Translations under genes and position numbers: made by a program
In this document: positions 7,351 through 17,168 of the stretch, in pieces
How the letters are laid out: every line of letters begins with the position of its first letter
Position numbering within the stretch: position 1 is the first letter of the stretch
From: Polyangiaceae bacterium
GTDB lineage: Bacteria > Myxococcota_A > Polyangia > Polyangiales > Polyangiaceae
Direction: 5' to 3'
Length of the DNA stretch: 64,000 nt
NCBI GenBank assembly: GCA_965222375.1
Contig: CBDCTZ010000011.1
Span: 544,001 to 608,000 of the forward strand
Notes under the pieces: model-generated
Database searches by the model: none
What the model was told of the DNA's origin: nothing
What the model saw: the letters and a program-made list of their open reading frames with translations, nothing else

Positions 7351-9408
7351 TTACTGCGGCTCGACGGTGACGATCACCGTGCGGTTCGGCATTGGGTATG
7401 CCCATACACCGGGCATGGCAGGGCGCACTAGGCCGTTTCCATCTGCAGCGCCGACGTTCGGCGTGCCTCCGGAGTTGGTTGCCATGTCCGGACCCAAGGC
7501 GCCGCCTTGGTTCTGCTCCGTGCCCGCATCGTAGGCCGCGAGCATCGCCGCGATGTCCTTGGCGATGTCGGCGTCCGGGCGCGCGGCACCGCCGGGGGTC
7601 ACCAGCTCGATGCCAGCAGACCCTAGGCCCAAGAAGGTGTCGTTGGAGTTGGCCACCATCGACGCGATGCTCAAGAAGCGATGAGAGGGCTTCGCGGTCA
7701 CCTTGAATGTGAAGCTGAGGCCCGGCGCCGCTGGCCCTGAGCCTTCCGCGCCCTTGCTGTCAATGCCGGCGCCAGTGAGACCGGCGAGCAGAGCGACGGG
7801 GCTGCCATCTTCCGCCAGGCTTTCGAGACCGGCTGAGGCCGGCATACCCATGGTGAAGAAGCTCGCCGTTGCATCATGTACGGCCCAGGCTACCGGCGTG
7901 AGCGCGGCTGGGAACGCCGTAGCGCCGCTGGTGTTGTCCACGGTGACGTCAAAGGTCAGCCCTCCGGCATTCTTGACCGTCACGCTGACGAACTTCGCCA
8001 AGGCTGCGCCGTCGAGGTCGTTGGTGTCGTCGGCGTAGAGCCGGATCTTGTTGTCCGGATCCGCCGGCCCCGTGTTGGCCGTACCTTGTCGTGGCGCCTG
8101 AGTGGCACCCACGCCGGGCACTTCGTTGGCTTCGGTGCCCGCGTCCCAGTTGGCCAGGCTTGCCTGCAGGTCTGCTTCGACGTCTCCCGCGGGGCGGGGT
8201 GTTCCAGTGGAGTCCAGCAGCGCCACGCCTGCTTCCTGCGTGCCAATGAAGACGTCGTTGGATTGCACGAGCATTGTGGCGAGGGATAGCCGCGGTGTGG
8301 CCGCCGTCGGAGTGACTGTGAAGGACAGCGACATTCCCGGCGGAACCGGCGCAGCGCCGGCGACGTCTGCCTCGCCGACATTTGCGTCAGTCCCGTGCTC
8401 GGTCTTGAGTTCACCGGGGTTGCCGTCTTCAGCGAGCATCTCGAGCCCGGTGGACGCCTGGCTTCCCGCCTTGAACAGCGACCATTTGTCATTGTGGGTC
8501 GCGTAGAAAGCCGGGGAGATCGGCGTCATCATCGCACCGCCGGTCTTCGAGACGTTGTCCAGCTTCACCGTGTAGGCGCCGCCGGATTCGGTCACCGTGA
8601 CCTTCACCATCTTTGCCGGGATCGGGATGGTGCGAGTGGGCTCTACGCGCTTGGACACGACGGCTTCCGCTGGTCCTGAGTTTGCACTCGGCTGGCGAGG
8701 AGCCTGCATCGCGCCCACACCAGGGGCTTCGTCCTTCTCTGTACCTGCATCCCACAGGTTGAAGCTCGCGGTCACGTCACGCTTCGCCATCGGACTTCCA
8801 CCGGAATCAAAAAGGTCGATGCCATCCTTGTTCGCGATGAAAGCGTCGTTGGACTGTACGAACATCGTTGCCAGGTACAGCTTTTCGCCAGGCGACGCTT
8901 GAAAGGTGAACTCGTAGGAGTCCCCAGGCAGAGCCGGACCGGCAGAACTCTGCCCCGCGGGTGTGTTGAACGCGCCGGCACTCACTCCAGACTTCGCGGT
9001 CAAGGAACTCACTAGATTGCCGGGGTCGCCATCCTCGGCCAGGGCTTCGAGGCCTTCACCCGGGTCTTTGGTGGCGTCGGCAAATATGGGGTTGGTACCG
9101 CTGGTCAAACCGTAGGCGCCAGGAGCCAGCGGCGAGGGCAGTGCGCTCATGCCCGAGATGTTCTCGATGGTGACCTTGAAGCTAGTGCCCGTTCCCGCGG
9201 TGCCGCCGCTGCCCGAGCTGCCCGAAGAGCCACTACTGCCGGCGGTGCCGCCGCTGCCCGAGGCGCCAGCGCTGCCGGCGGTGCCTCCGGTACCGCCCGA
9301 ACTCGGGCTCGCGTCGTCATCATCCCCACAACCGACCAGCAAAGGAACGGCACAGATACAGCTAGCTAGAATCGTCAATGATCGTGAACGCATGTCGGTA
9401 TTCTCCAA
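7351..9408 (-). CDS. Lipoprotein with three spondin_N-like domains
   Basis: Lipobox LLVGC; three repeats of GLE.LAEDG / (T/S)M...SND.F / (W/Y)DAGTE. Confidence 0.85.
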   Translation of the reverse strand: MENTDMRSRSLTILASCICAVPLLVGCGDDDDASPSSGGTGGTAGSAGASGSGGTAGSSGSSGSSGSGGTAGTGTSFKVTIENISGMSALPSPLAPGAYGLTSGTNPIFADATKDPGEGLEALAEDGDPGNLVSSLTAKSGVSAGAFNTPAGQSSAGPALPGDSYEFTFQASPGEKLYLATMFVQSNDAFIANKDGIDLFDSGGSPMAKRDVTASFNLWDAGTEKDEAPGVGAMQAPRQPSANSGPAEAVVSKRVEPTRTIPIPAKMVKVTVTESGGAYTVKLDNVSKTGGAMMTPISPAFYATHNDKWSLFKAGSQASTGLEMLAEDGNPGELKTEHGTDANVGEADVAGAAPVPPGMSLSFTVTPTAATPRLSLATMLVQSNDVFIGTQEAGVALLDSTGTPRPAGDVEADLQASLANWDAGTEANEVPGVGATQAPRQGTANTGPADPDNKIRLYADDTNDLDGAALAKFVSVTVKNAGGLTFDVTVDNTSGATAFPAALTPVAWAVHDATASFFTMGMPASAGLESLAEDGSPVALLAGLTGAGIDSKGAEGSGPAAPGLSFTFKVTAKPSHRFLSIASMVANSNDTFLGLGSAGIELVTPGGAARPDADIAKDIAAMLAAYDAGTEQNQGGALGPDMATNSGGTPNVGAADGNGLVRPAMPGVWAYPMPNRTVIVTVEPQ

Positions 9409-9565
9409 GAATTCGGTTCAGTGGTTGCTCAAGGGTGCGAAAACGCGGATGCACGGGGACAAAGTTCGACCGCTGAGCCAGCGGCCCAGGGTGAGAAATC
9501 CCCATGTCCTGGCTGCTTACGCGGCCCACGGGCTGCGGTTACACCGAAGCTGTCGGCGCGAGCTA

Positions 9566-9923
9566 CTATTGGTGGCTGTCAGTCAGAAGGCGCTCGATGG
9601 TCACGCCGAAAAGACCTTGATCCGTTCGCGCACTTGGACGGGTCGGCGAAGCACACCTCGCTGGTCTTGCAACCGACGTTCTGCTTCGTTCCGCAGCCGC
9701 CAGAGCCCAGGCATCCCCAGAGGCATCACAGGTCAGCTCGCCGCTCAAGCCACCAACGCAATTGCAGGGCCGCGTGGAGGCAGGCGCGCAGAACGAGCCA
9801 CTTCCGCCGCTGCCACCCGACCCGGACGACCTGGTCGACTAGCGGCGCAATTCCGGTGGTTGGTTTGTCCGCGCTACTGCAAGCGACCAAAATCAAGCAA
9901 GAGGGGATGAGCAGTCGTTTCAA
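9566..9923 (-). pseudogene. Frameshifted Cys-rich lipoprotein remnant
   Basis: Lipobox LVAC in one frame, GSGGSGG-FC...CNC.GG..G...C...G..W in a second, GC....VC....KC in a third. Confidence 0.5.
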
Positions 9924-11755
9924 TTGCAGAGCCCATGGTAGGCGCAGCGCACGGCGGCCTCGGGGCCGGGTCGAGCCTCAGCCATGAAAGGCAGCACCTC
10001 TTCGACGGTCAGGTCGCTCACGGTGTTGCTTTCCGTGGAAGGCACGATGCTCTCGGGCTTCACGAGGAGGCCGTCGATGGCCTCGTAGGTGTACTCGACG
10101 TGTTCGTCGTCCAGGCTCCCGCTGAACCAACCGCTCTTGTTGATGTGATCGCGAAGGTCAGCCAAGAAGCTGGTCTCCTTGCTCGAAAGGGAGCCATCCA
10201 CACCCGCCATCATGCGGGCCGTGGCCAGAATCGCCAAACGGGTCTCCTCCGCCATGTCCTTGAACTGGTCTTTGGCACAGTCAGTGACGTCGCCCGTGTC
10301 CGTCGTGTTTGAGAGCTGGGCCAGAGCGTCCCACTCGGCCTTGGCACTACCGAACCAGCCATCGTCTTCGTACCAAATCTTGTTCAGGTGGGCGGCCAAC
10401 AGCTGCTCCTCCACCGGCTTTACCGCGTTGTCGGCGGTGGCGACTCGACCTAGGATTTTCGCCATGCACTTTCGGCCGTCGTAGCTCTGAAGGTGCTTGC
10501 CGGACTCCTCCATCATGCCGACGGCCCAGGGCTTGAAGAAGACGCCGAGGCGATTGCCGAGCTTGTCGACGACGTGCGCGGAGAACCCAGCGTCGACCAA
10601 GATGATCAGGCCGAAAGTGGCCAGACCGAGGATCTGTTGGCCGACGCTAGCGGCGGCGCCTTGCGCCGCCGCCTTCGCGGCGATCTCAGCCCCCTTCGTG
10701 GTGACGTGCTTGAGCATTTCTGCCGCGGCCTTCGCGATGAGCGATCGCACGATGTCGTTGACGACGATGTTGGCGGTCTTCTGAACCACAGTCTTCGCTA
10801 GGAAGCGGATCGCGAAGGATGCCGCGGTGATCTTTGCAGTTCCGGGTAGCTCCATGACCGTCGCTGCGACCAGAAACAGATTGTGTCCTTCGCGGATGTC
10901 GATTTCGTAGAGAGAAGCCAGCTCGATGGCGAGCCGCATCTTGTTGCGAAAGTCGAGGATCTGCCGGTGCGAAAAGCTGATGACGATCCCAGCAACAGGG
11001 ATCAGGGATTCCGCACCGGCGATGACCGCGTTGCGGGCGGCTAGCCACTGGTGGTGGTCGACGATCTTCTTCAGGCGCTCTTCCCTGGGTTCGGAATATG
11101 GGAATGCTTCGTCGAACACCGGATAGGCATCGTCCAGAACGCCGGTGTGCTCGAAGAGGAAAGCGTAGAGCTTGCCAAAGGGTCCGGCGCCCTTGAGCAA
11201 CTCCAAGCTTTCACGCATGGCGTCGTTCACGCCGGTCTGGGGCAGGCTGTTACCGAAGCCGCCGGGGTCGTCTCCCTTCGCTGTGGCTTGTGCCGTGGCG
11301 CCCACAGGAACCATGTACGCAGTCACGTAGAGCCCGCCGAGCCGCTCCAGGATCTCCGAGTGCGCGCGGGAGATGAAGCTCTCACGCTCGGCATCACTGG
11401 CACTCGTCGAGAGCTGATCGGCGTCCAATTTCAGCTGTGTCAGGGCCGCGCGCTCTTTGCTCGTGAGCTTGACGTCTAACTGGGCGATTCTGTCTGCGAG
11501 CTTCTGCGCGGCGCGCCGCGAGTCGCTGAGGCCCGCGAGCAGTTCATCTTGAGCGCCCATGATCTGGCGCATGGACCTGCTGTCGGCTGTGTTCCAACAC
11601 AGCTCGGCTGAGCGCGGACAAGTGATGTCATCGGCCTTGCCCCCCAACCCCCAGACAATCTCATCTGGCTCAACGGTTTCTGGAGCCTCTGCATCGGAGC
11701 CGCAGGCGGTGGCTAGCACCATCAATACGACCGCACCCAGGAGTCGAAGTAGCAT
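9920..11755 (-). CDS. Lipoprotein with EcsC-like central region and TerB-like C-terminal motifs (alternative start 11809)
   Basis: Lipobox LATAC, GGKADD motif; IP..G.....MRLAIELASLYEID; ADNAVKPVE and VDGSLSSKE..FL TerB-like motifs. Confidence 0.6.
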   Translation of the reverse strand: MLLRLLGAVVLMVLATACGSDAEAPETVEPDEIVWGLGGKADDITCPRSAELCWNTADSRSMRQIMGAQDELLAGLSDSRRAAQKLADRIAQLDVKLTSKERAALTQLKLDADQLSTSASDAERESFISRAHSEILERLGGLYVTAYMVPVGATAQATAKGDDPGGFGNSLPQTGVNDAMRESLELLKGAGPFGKLYAFLFEHTGVLDDAYPVFDEAFPYSEPREERLKKIVDHHQWLAARNAVIAGAESLIPVAGIVISFSHRQILDFRNKMRLAIELASLYEIDIREGHNLFLVAATVMELPGTAKITAASFAIRFLAKTVVQKTANIVVNDIVRSLIAKAAAEMLKHVTTKGAEIAAKAAAQGAAASVGQQILGLATFGLIILVDAGFSAHVVDKLGNRLGVFFKPWAVGMMEESGKHLQSYDGRKCMAKILGRVATADNAVKPVEEQLLAAHLNKIWYEDDGWFGSAKAEWDALAQLSNTTDTGDVTDCAKDQFKDMAEETRLAILATARMMAGVDGSLSSKETSFLADLRDHINKSGWFSGSLDDEHVEYTYEAIDGLLVKPESIVPSTESNTVSDLTVEEVLPFMAEARPGPEAAVRCAYHGLCN

Positions 11756-11858
11756 GGGGTGGTGTGCGATTGCGCTGCGCGTGTTGGAAGACGAGTCAGA
11801 CAGTTTCATGGTTCTCTTAGCCCTGGCAATTATCCTACATTGTAGTACATAGCATCCA

Positions 11859-12205
11859 ATGCAGCGCGCTGTTTCGCGGGCGCCGGATTTTTCCAATCTC
11901 GCCGTCTACGAGATTTGGACCCAGCATCGCGTGTACACCCTCGATGCAGATCGATACCGCGTGTCCGTGCGGGACATCGACACTGGGACGAGGCAAGCGT
12001 GCACCGTTGTGTCGGTGCCCGTCTCTCCGGGGGCCGACGTCGGGCCGGCGAGCAGGTTCAGTTCAGCTTTCCGCTGCCTGACATTGGGGCACGTGCACTC
12101 TTCGACACCGATGCTGACAAAAAGGGGGGTGGGATCCTGACGTCATCCGTTGCTCGGGTTGTGCAGCGAAACCACGAAGTTCGGCTCTCGTCCGAAGTCG
12201 CGTGA
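11859..12205 (+). pseudogene. Small hypothetical protein split by a frameshift near 11990-12000
   Basis: YEIWTQHRVYTLD...VRDIDTG in one frame continues as H.CVGARLSGG...FSFPLP.IGA.A.F...TS.V.RVV in another. Confidence 0.45.
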
Positions 12206-12213
12206 GGCCGTGC

Positions 12214-12726
12214 CTACGCGGCTTTGACCCCGGCTGGTTTGCCCAAGGGGCGCCGCCACTGTCGTGACGCTGGTTCTCGCTCGTTTTCCTCGAGCCTCAC
12301 GGCGAAATCGCTGGCCAGGGCTTCGACCCTTCGCAGGACGCGGCGACTCACGCAGGGCGGGGACATTGCAAGCACGCCCACGGCTCCGCCGGGTGTCAGC
12401 AGTGGCATGACCAGCGCTTGGGCCGCAGGCAAGATCTCGCGCAGGCGCGGGGGGACGCTGCGCAGGGCTGTTGAGTCCCCGTGCTGCAACCAGAGGCAGA
12501 GCAGGGCCTCCTCGTCCGAGTCAGGTATCGGCGCGGGCCCCGCCACGATTGGGAGCGCCTCCCGGGTCGAGAGATCCAAAACCGCGACGACGGCGGTCCG
12601 GGAGGCTTCGAGAACTTCCGCGGCGAACTCTCGCATCATGCGAGTGCGACCTGAGCCGCTGGGAGGGTCAGCGGCGGAGGTCGGTTCGATTTCGCAGGGC
12701 ACATCCAGGTCCATTGACTGCAGCAC
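12214..12726 (-). CDS. Hypothetical protein, possibly GAF-like
   Basis: ALVMPLLTPGGAVGVLAM strand pair followed by a helix (ALASDFAVRLE). Confidence 0.45.
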   Translation of the reverse strand: MLQSMDLDVPCEIEPTSAADPPSGSGRTRMMREFAAEVLEASRTAVVAVLDLSTREALPIVAGPAPIPDSDEEALLCLWLQHGDSTALRSVPPRLREILPAAQALVMPLLTPGGAVGVLAMSPPCVSRRVLRRVEALASDFAVRLEENEREPASRQWRRPLGKPAGVKAA

Positions 12727-12804
12727 GCCAGAGGCGCCCGGATCGGGCCAAGTTTGTGCCGGGTCGCACCGCGAAACGCCCCGAAATTCCCCACGCGCTG
12801 GCGG

Positions 12805-13674
12805 CTAGAGGTCGCTGAGGCGTCGCTTCAGGGTAGCGCCCAGTTGGCTCTGAACGAAGGCAAGCACCCGGTCACACTCCCCACGGGAAATGCTGGCAGC
12901 GGTCATGAGCTCCCGCTGCAGCGTGTGGAGCAGCTGAGAGCGTGCAGCTTGAACGTGGCGCGCGGCCGTCGCTCGGTGCACGTCATGTAGCGCTCCAAGT
13001 TGGTCGATGGTGAGTCCGTCAACGAAGTGTTGCTTGAGCAGCAGGCGCTCCTTGACCTCGAGCTTGCCCAACGCATCCGAGAACGCCTCGCGGAAGAGGT
13101 CTCGCGCTTCGGCCTTTGCCAGCAGTAGCTCCGGGTCGCCGTCGACGGCGTGCTGCTCGAGAACGCCCTCGTCTTCCATGGGGCGCCGGCTTCGAATCGT
13201 CTTGAGCCCGAGACGCACGAGAGTGATCCGAAGCCAGCCCCGAAGCTCTCCGCGCCCGCCATATTCGTGTAGCTTGGGGCGGCCTCCACTGCGGCCCACG
13301 AAGAGTTCTTCGCGAAATCGTTGTAGCGTGTCCTCCCGCTCGGACGGCTCTAACCTCAGTTTCGATAGCGCCGGCTCCAACTTGGCAATAGCGTCCTTCT
13401 CGAACCAATGCATCGCGCCTTCGTCACCCGCCAGGGCCGCCTCCACGACCCACACGTCCGAGGCGCGGTCAGCGGGAAGATCCTCCAGGGACAGCTTTCG
13501 CTGACCCAGGCCCCGGGCGAAGACGACGGCATCGAGCTGAATGCCCGGGTGGGCGGTTTGGGCTGCCTGAAGAGCGCCCTCGAAGGCTGCGCGCAAATCC
13601 CTCTCCGCCGACGGGCCACCCGTGGCGTCGGAAAAGGCATCCTCGTAAGCGCTCAGTTCCGCGTCTCGCGCCAT
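12805..13674 (-). CDS. ECF-type sigma-70 factor, myxobacterial kinase-associated type
   Basis: LAGDEGA, YGGRGELRGWLR, ERLLLKQHFVDGLTIDQLGALHDVHRATAAR (region 4). Confidence 0.85.
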   Translation of the reverse strand: MARDAELSAYEDAFSDATGGPSAERDLRAAFEGALQAAQTAHPGIQLDAVVFARGLGQRKLSLEDLPADRASDVWVVEAALAGDEGAMHWFEKDAIAKLEPALSKLRLEPSEREDTLQRFREELFVGRSGGRPKLHEYGGRGELRGWLRITLVRLGLKTIRSRRPMEDEGVLEQHAVDGDPELLLAKAEARDLFREAFSDALGKLEVKERLLLKQHFVDGLTIDQLGALHDVHRATAARHVQAARSQLLHTLQRELMTAASISRGECDRVLAFVQSQLGATLKRRLSDL

Positions 13675-13706
13675 GGGTCGAGTGGAGCATACTTGGGGTC
13701 CGAGCG

Positions 13707-15200
13707 ATGATCGAGTCCGCTTCCAACTCTTGTCCGGACGCCTCCGAGCTGGATGCCTATGTAGGCGGCGGCGCGGACGACGAGTCTCGAGCTCAGCTGG
13801 ATGCGCATCTAGATGCTTGCGACGAGTGCCGGAAGGTCGTTTCGGCGCTGGTGGAGGAGCCCAAGGGCTCGTCAGACGCCTACGCGCCTACGGTCGAGTC
13901 TCAGCCGCCGCGCGGCACCGGCGAAGCGCTGTCTCCGGGGCAAGTGCTCTTGGGCAAGTACGAGGTCGAGACACTGCTCGGCGCTGGCGGCATGGGAGTG
14001 GTCGCGCGCGCGCGACACCGGGTGCTCGATCGACCCGTGGTGATCAAACTCCTCAAGGCACCGCACGCGTCCGACGAAGCCATTCGCCGCTTCTTGCGGG
14101 AGGCGCGAGCGGGCGCTGCCATCGATAGTGCCAACGTGGTGCGGGTCATCGACGCCGGGCTCTTGGACGAGCACCGCCCGTATTTGGTTCTCGAGCACCT
14201 GGAGGGGCGTGACCTCGCCGAAGAGCTCACTGCGCGCGGTGCGCTGCCTGTTGCGGAAGCGGTCGAGTTGGGGCTGCAATGCGCCGAGGCTCTGGCCTTG
14301 GCCCACGCACGGGGCATCGTGCACCGAGACATCAAGCCCGCTAATTTGTTTCTATCCACGGATAGCGAGGGTCACGCGCTGCTGAAGGTCTTGGACTTCG
14401 GCATTGCCAAGGCTCTGTCGGACTCGGACATTGCGACCCAAGATGCCGGCCTCACCGACAGCGCCTCGGTGATCGGTTCCCCGCGCTATATGTCGCCGGA
14501 ACAGCTCGAGGACAGTAGCGACGTGGATGAGCGGACGGACATTTGGTCGCTGGGAGCAGTGCTGTACGAGCTAGTTAGCGGACGCCCGGCCTTTGACGGG
14601 CCTAGTTTGCCCGTTTTGGCGACCAAGATTCTGACTCAGGCTCCGGCTCCGCTTCATGACATCGCGCCGCACGTTCCTAGTTCAGTCACGGCGGTGATCG
14701 AAAAATGCTTGGACAAGGACTTGAACAAGCGCTTTGGCACAGCTAGCGAGCTGGCCGATGCGCTGCTGCACGCGTCGGACTTGGATGACTCGGCTCGCGC
14801 GGCCCGAAACCGGCGCCTGAGCGGCGGAGAAACGCTGGTCTCGGGTGGTGCCGGCGCCGCCAGCGAGCGCAAACCAACTCCATGGCTTTGGGTCGCCCTC
14901 GCGGCGCTGCTCGCGCTGGTCGTCGTCGTGTTTTTGGTACGCCGCCCCCCGCCACAGCGGGCCCGGGCCCAAGATCTGGCGCCATCCCAAGCCCCGAGCG
15001 CGGCGATGGCAGCGCCGCCGAGTGCGCTGCAGCCCGCCGCGAAGGCGCCACTGTCGCCTAGCGCCGCCCCTCAGCCCTCCGTGCCGCCGGTTCCACGAGT
15101 ACAACGCCCCTCGCAGCGCCCGCCCACATCGGCTAAAGCTGCCAAACCCGCGGCAAGCGGCGTGAACGTGTACTCGGATGGGCTCTTGGATCGAAAATAG
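13707..15200 (+). CDS. Ser/Thr protein kinase with N-terminal zf-HC2 and one TM helix
   Basis: HLDACDEC; GAGGMG, VIK, HRDIKPAN, DFG, YMSPEQ, DIWSLG; TM segment then Pro-rich tail. Confidence 0.95.
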   Translation: MIESASNSCPDASELDAYVGGGADDESRAQLDAHLDACDECRKVVSALVEEPKGSSDAYAPTVESQPPRGTGEALSPGQVLLGKYEVETLLGAGGMGVVARARHRVLDRPVVIKLLKAPHASDEAIRRFLREARAGAAIDSANVVRVIDAGLLDEHRPYLVLEHLEGRDLAEELTARGALPVAEAVELGLQCAEALALAHARGIVHRDIKPANLFLSTDSEGHALLKVLDFGIAKALSDSDIATQDAGLTDSASVIGSPRYMSPEQLEDSSDVDERTDIWSLGAVLYELVSGRPAFDGPSLPVLATKILTQAPAPLHDIAPHVPSSVTAVIEKCLDKDLNKRFGTASELADALLHASDLDDSARAARNRRLSGGETLVSGGAGAASERKPTPWLWVALAALLALVVVVFLVRRPPPQRARAQDLAPSQAPSAAMAAPPSALQPAAKAPLSPSAAPQPSVPPVPRVQRPSQRPPTSAKAAKPAASGVNVYSDGLLDRK

Positions 15201-16224
15201 GCACTGCCGCACCGTGGCACTGCTCTGCGCGCTGTCGCCGCTGCCGGCGCTCGGTGGCGAAGCGGAGCAGCGGCAGGCACAGTCGCTATTCGATCAAGCG
15301 CGCAAGTTGCTCGAGGCGGGTGACGCCGCGAAAGCCTGCCCACTATTCGCCGAGAGCCAGCGCCTGGACCCGGGTGGCGGCACGCTGTTGAACCTAGCCG
15401 TGTGCCACGAGAAGCAGGGGCGCTTCGCGACGGCCTACGCCGAGTACCAAGAGGCCCTGAGCATCTCTATTCGAGATGGCCGTTCCGATCGGGAAAACGT
15501 CGCTCGTGCTCGTGCCAAAGCCCTGGAGCCCAGATTGCCAAGGCTACAGGTGAAACTGGCGCACGACGTGGCTGGGGTCGTCTTCGAACTGGATGGTGCC
15601 AAGCTGACCCAGCTGGTTCGCGAAACGCCGACGGCAGTCGACCCAGGCAAGCACAAGCTGGTGGTCAGCGCGCCTGGTCACCGGAAGTACGTGACTGTTG
15701 TCGAGGCCGTTGAAGCGAAGCTCAGCGTTGTGAAAGTGCCCGCGTTGGAACCGATCGATGCGGCGCCTCCTTCCGCACCTGCGAGTGCTCCCGCGAAGCC
15801 GGCGGCCGCACCGCCCATGCCAACCTGCGGGGCTGGCACGCGACTGAAGGGAAGCCAGTGTGTGCCCGTTGCGAAAGAGTCGCGCCTGAGCACGGCTTCC
15901 TACGCGGTCGGTGGTACTGGCCTCGTATTGCTCGGTGTCTCCGCAGTCACCGGCATCCTTGCTCTCAGTGCCGACAGCGACGCAAAACAGGCCGCCGAAG
16001 ACGCCTGCGTTCCGAGCCGTGGCTTCTGCCCCAACGCGCCCTTGGCCCAACAGGCCCAGGATGACGCGGATCGCGCGCGCACCATGGCTTGGGTCAGCAC
16101 CGGAGCGCTGGTATTGGGAGCTGCGGCGTTGACGACGGCGTGGCTGCTGCCCCGCACCGAGGTCACCGCCGAAGTGGGCTTCACCCCCGGGGGTGCCACG
16201 TTGGGTGCATCCCACCGCTTCTAG
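15178..16224 (+). CDS. TPR + PEGA-like exported protein
   Basis: AC..FAESQRLDPGGGTLLNLA.CHE..G; VDPGKH.LVVSAPG; C-terminal hydrophobic helices. Confidence 0.8.
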   Translation: MGSWIENRHCRTVALLCALSPLPALGGEAEQRQAQSLFDQARKLLEAGDAAKACPLFAESQRLDPGGGTLLNLAVCHEKQGRFATAYAEYQEALSISIRDGRSDRENVARARAKALEPRLPRLQVKLAHDVAGVVFELDGAKLTQLVRETPTAVDPGKHKLVVSAPGHRKYVTVVEAVEAKLSVVKVPALEPIDAAPPSAPASAPAKPAAAPPMPTCGAGTRLKGSQCVPVAKESRLSTASYAVGGTGLVLLGVSAVTGILALSADSDAKQAAEDACVPSRGFCPNAPLAQQAQDDADRARTMAWVSTGALVLGAAALTTAWLLPRTEVTAEVGFTPGGATLGASHRF

Positions 16225-16225
16225 C

Positions 16226-16999
16226 TTAGAATGAACACGACGTAACCGACTTGCCGTTGTTGGGGCACGGCTGGGTTTGCGCCGTGCACTCGGCAACGGG
16301 TGTGCCCCACCAAGACTCGCAGATCTTCTTGCTGCAGACGCAGGTGCCGTAGCTGTTACTTGCGCAACAGTTGGGCAGGCTCGAGGTCGGTTGGCAGGAA
16401 CTCATCGGACCGCTCTGGACCAATCCACACTCGCATCCAAAGCTGTTCACCTCGCAGAACAGCGTCTTGCAGCGGCAGTTGCCCGACGCGGGCCAGGTTG
16501 CGTCGGCGCAGCAGAAGCCGTTGTTGATAGCGGTCTTGTCGCACACCGTGGTGTTTGAAGGGCCGCCGACAGTGCAGGAGCACGAGTTGAAATTGGTCGT
16601 GCAGTTGGTCACCACCGGTGGCGAAGAACTGTCTTTAGCATCGCTCGCGGCGTCGCTGGAGCCATCCGCTGCGCCGTCCGTAGAGCCGTCCAAGCCGCCG
16701 TCCACACCTGTCAGCCCGCACTGAGAGCTGCATGCGGAAAACGCGCAACTCTCCCAAACGCTGGCCTGATTGACAGCAGTGCAGTTGCCCAGAGCGCATT
16801 GGTCGATGCGCGTGGCGTCGCAGTTCGGGTCGACGCAACAGAAGTTGATGGGTCCTTGGCAATTGGCCACCAAGCACTGCCCGCAAGCAGTTTGCTCGCC
16901 TTGAATGCTGCACTTGCTGCCAAAAGTGTCCACGTCTTCCACGAGCAAGACGCAGCCTACGGGCAGAGCGAAACAGAGAGACAACAGCAGGCGCTTCAC
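16226..16999 (-). CDS. Cys-rich lipoprotein
   Basis: GTG start MKRLLLSLCFALPVGC; many Cys; DGG/DAA low-complexity linker. Confidence 0.7.
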   Translation of the reverse strand: MKRLLLSLCFALPVGCVLLVEDVDTFGSKCSIQGEQTACGQCLVANCQGPINFCCVDPNCDATRIDQCALGNCTAVNQASVWESCAFSACSSQCGLTGVDGGLDGSTDGAADGSSDAASDAKDSSSPPVVTNCTTNFNSCSCTVGGPSNTTVCDKTAINNGFCCADATWPASGNCRCKTLFCEVNSFGCECGLVQSGPMSSCQPTSSLPNCCASNSYGTCVCSKKICESWWGTPVAECTAQTQPCPNNGKSVTSCSF

Positions 17000-17151
17000 G
17001 GTGGTCCAAAGGGTTCTTGCCCTGCGCCGGGCAAGTTTGCAAGGCGCGTGCCCTGAGTCTGCGAAGTTGCCCCGCAACAGCCGATGCGCGGCCGAACAGG
17101 AGGGCCGTGAAAGTGCCACAAGTCACGGACCCACGCTCCAGCCCACGCGTT

Positions 17152-17168
17152 CGGCACCTGGCGTGCCA
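17152..17168 (-). promoter_or_regulatory. Candidate sigma-54 -24/-12 site
   Basis: Minus strand TGGCACG-CCAG-GTGC; near-palindromic, so the plus strand reads CGGCAC-CTGGC-GTGC; lies between divergent genes. Confidence 0.35.
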
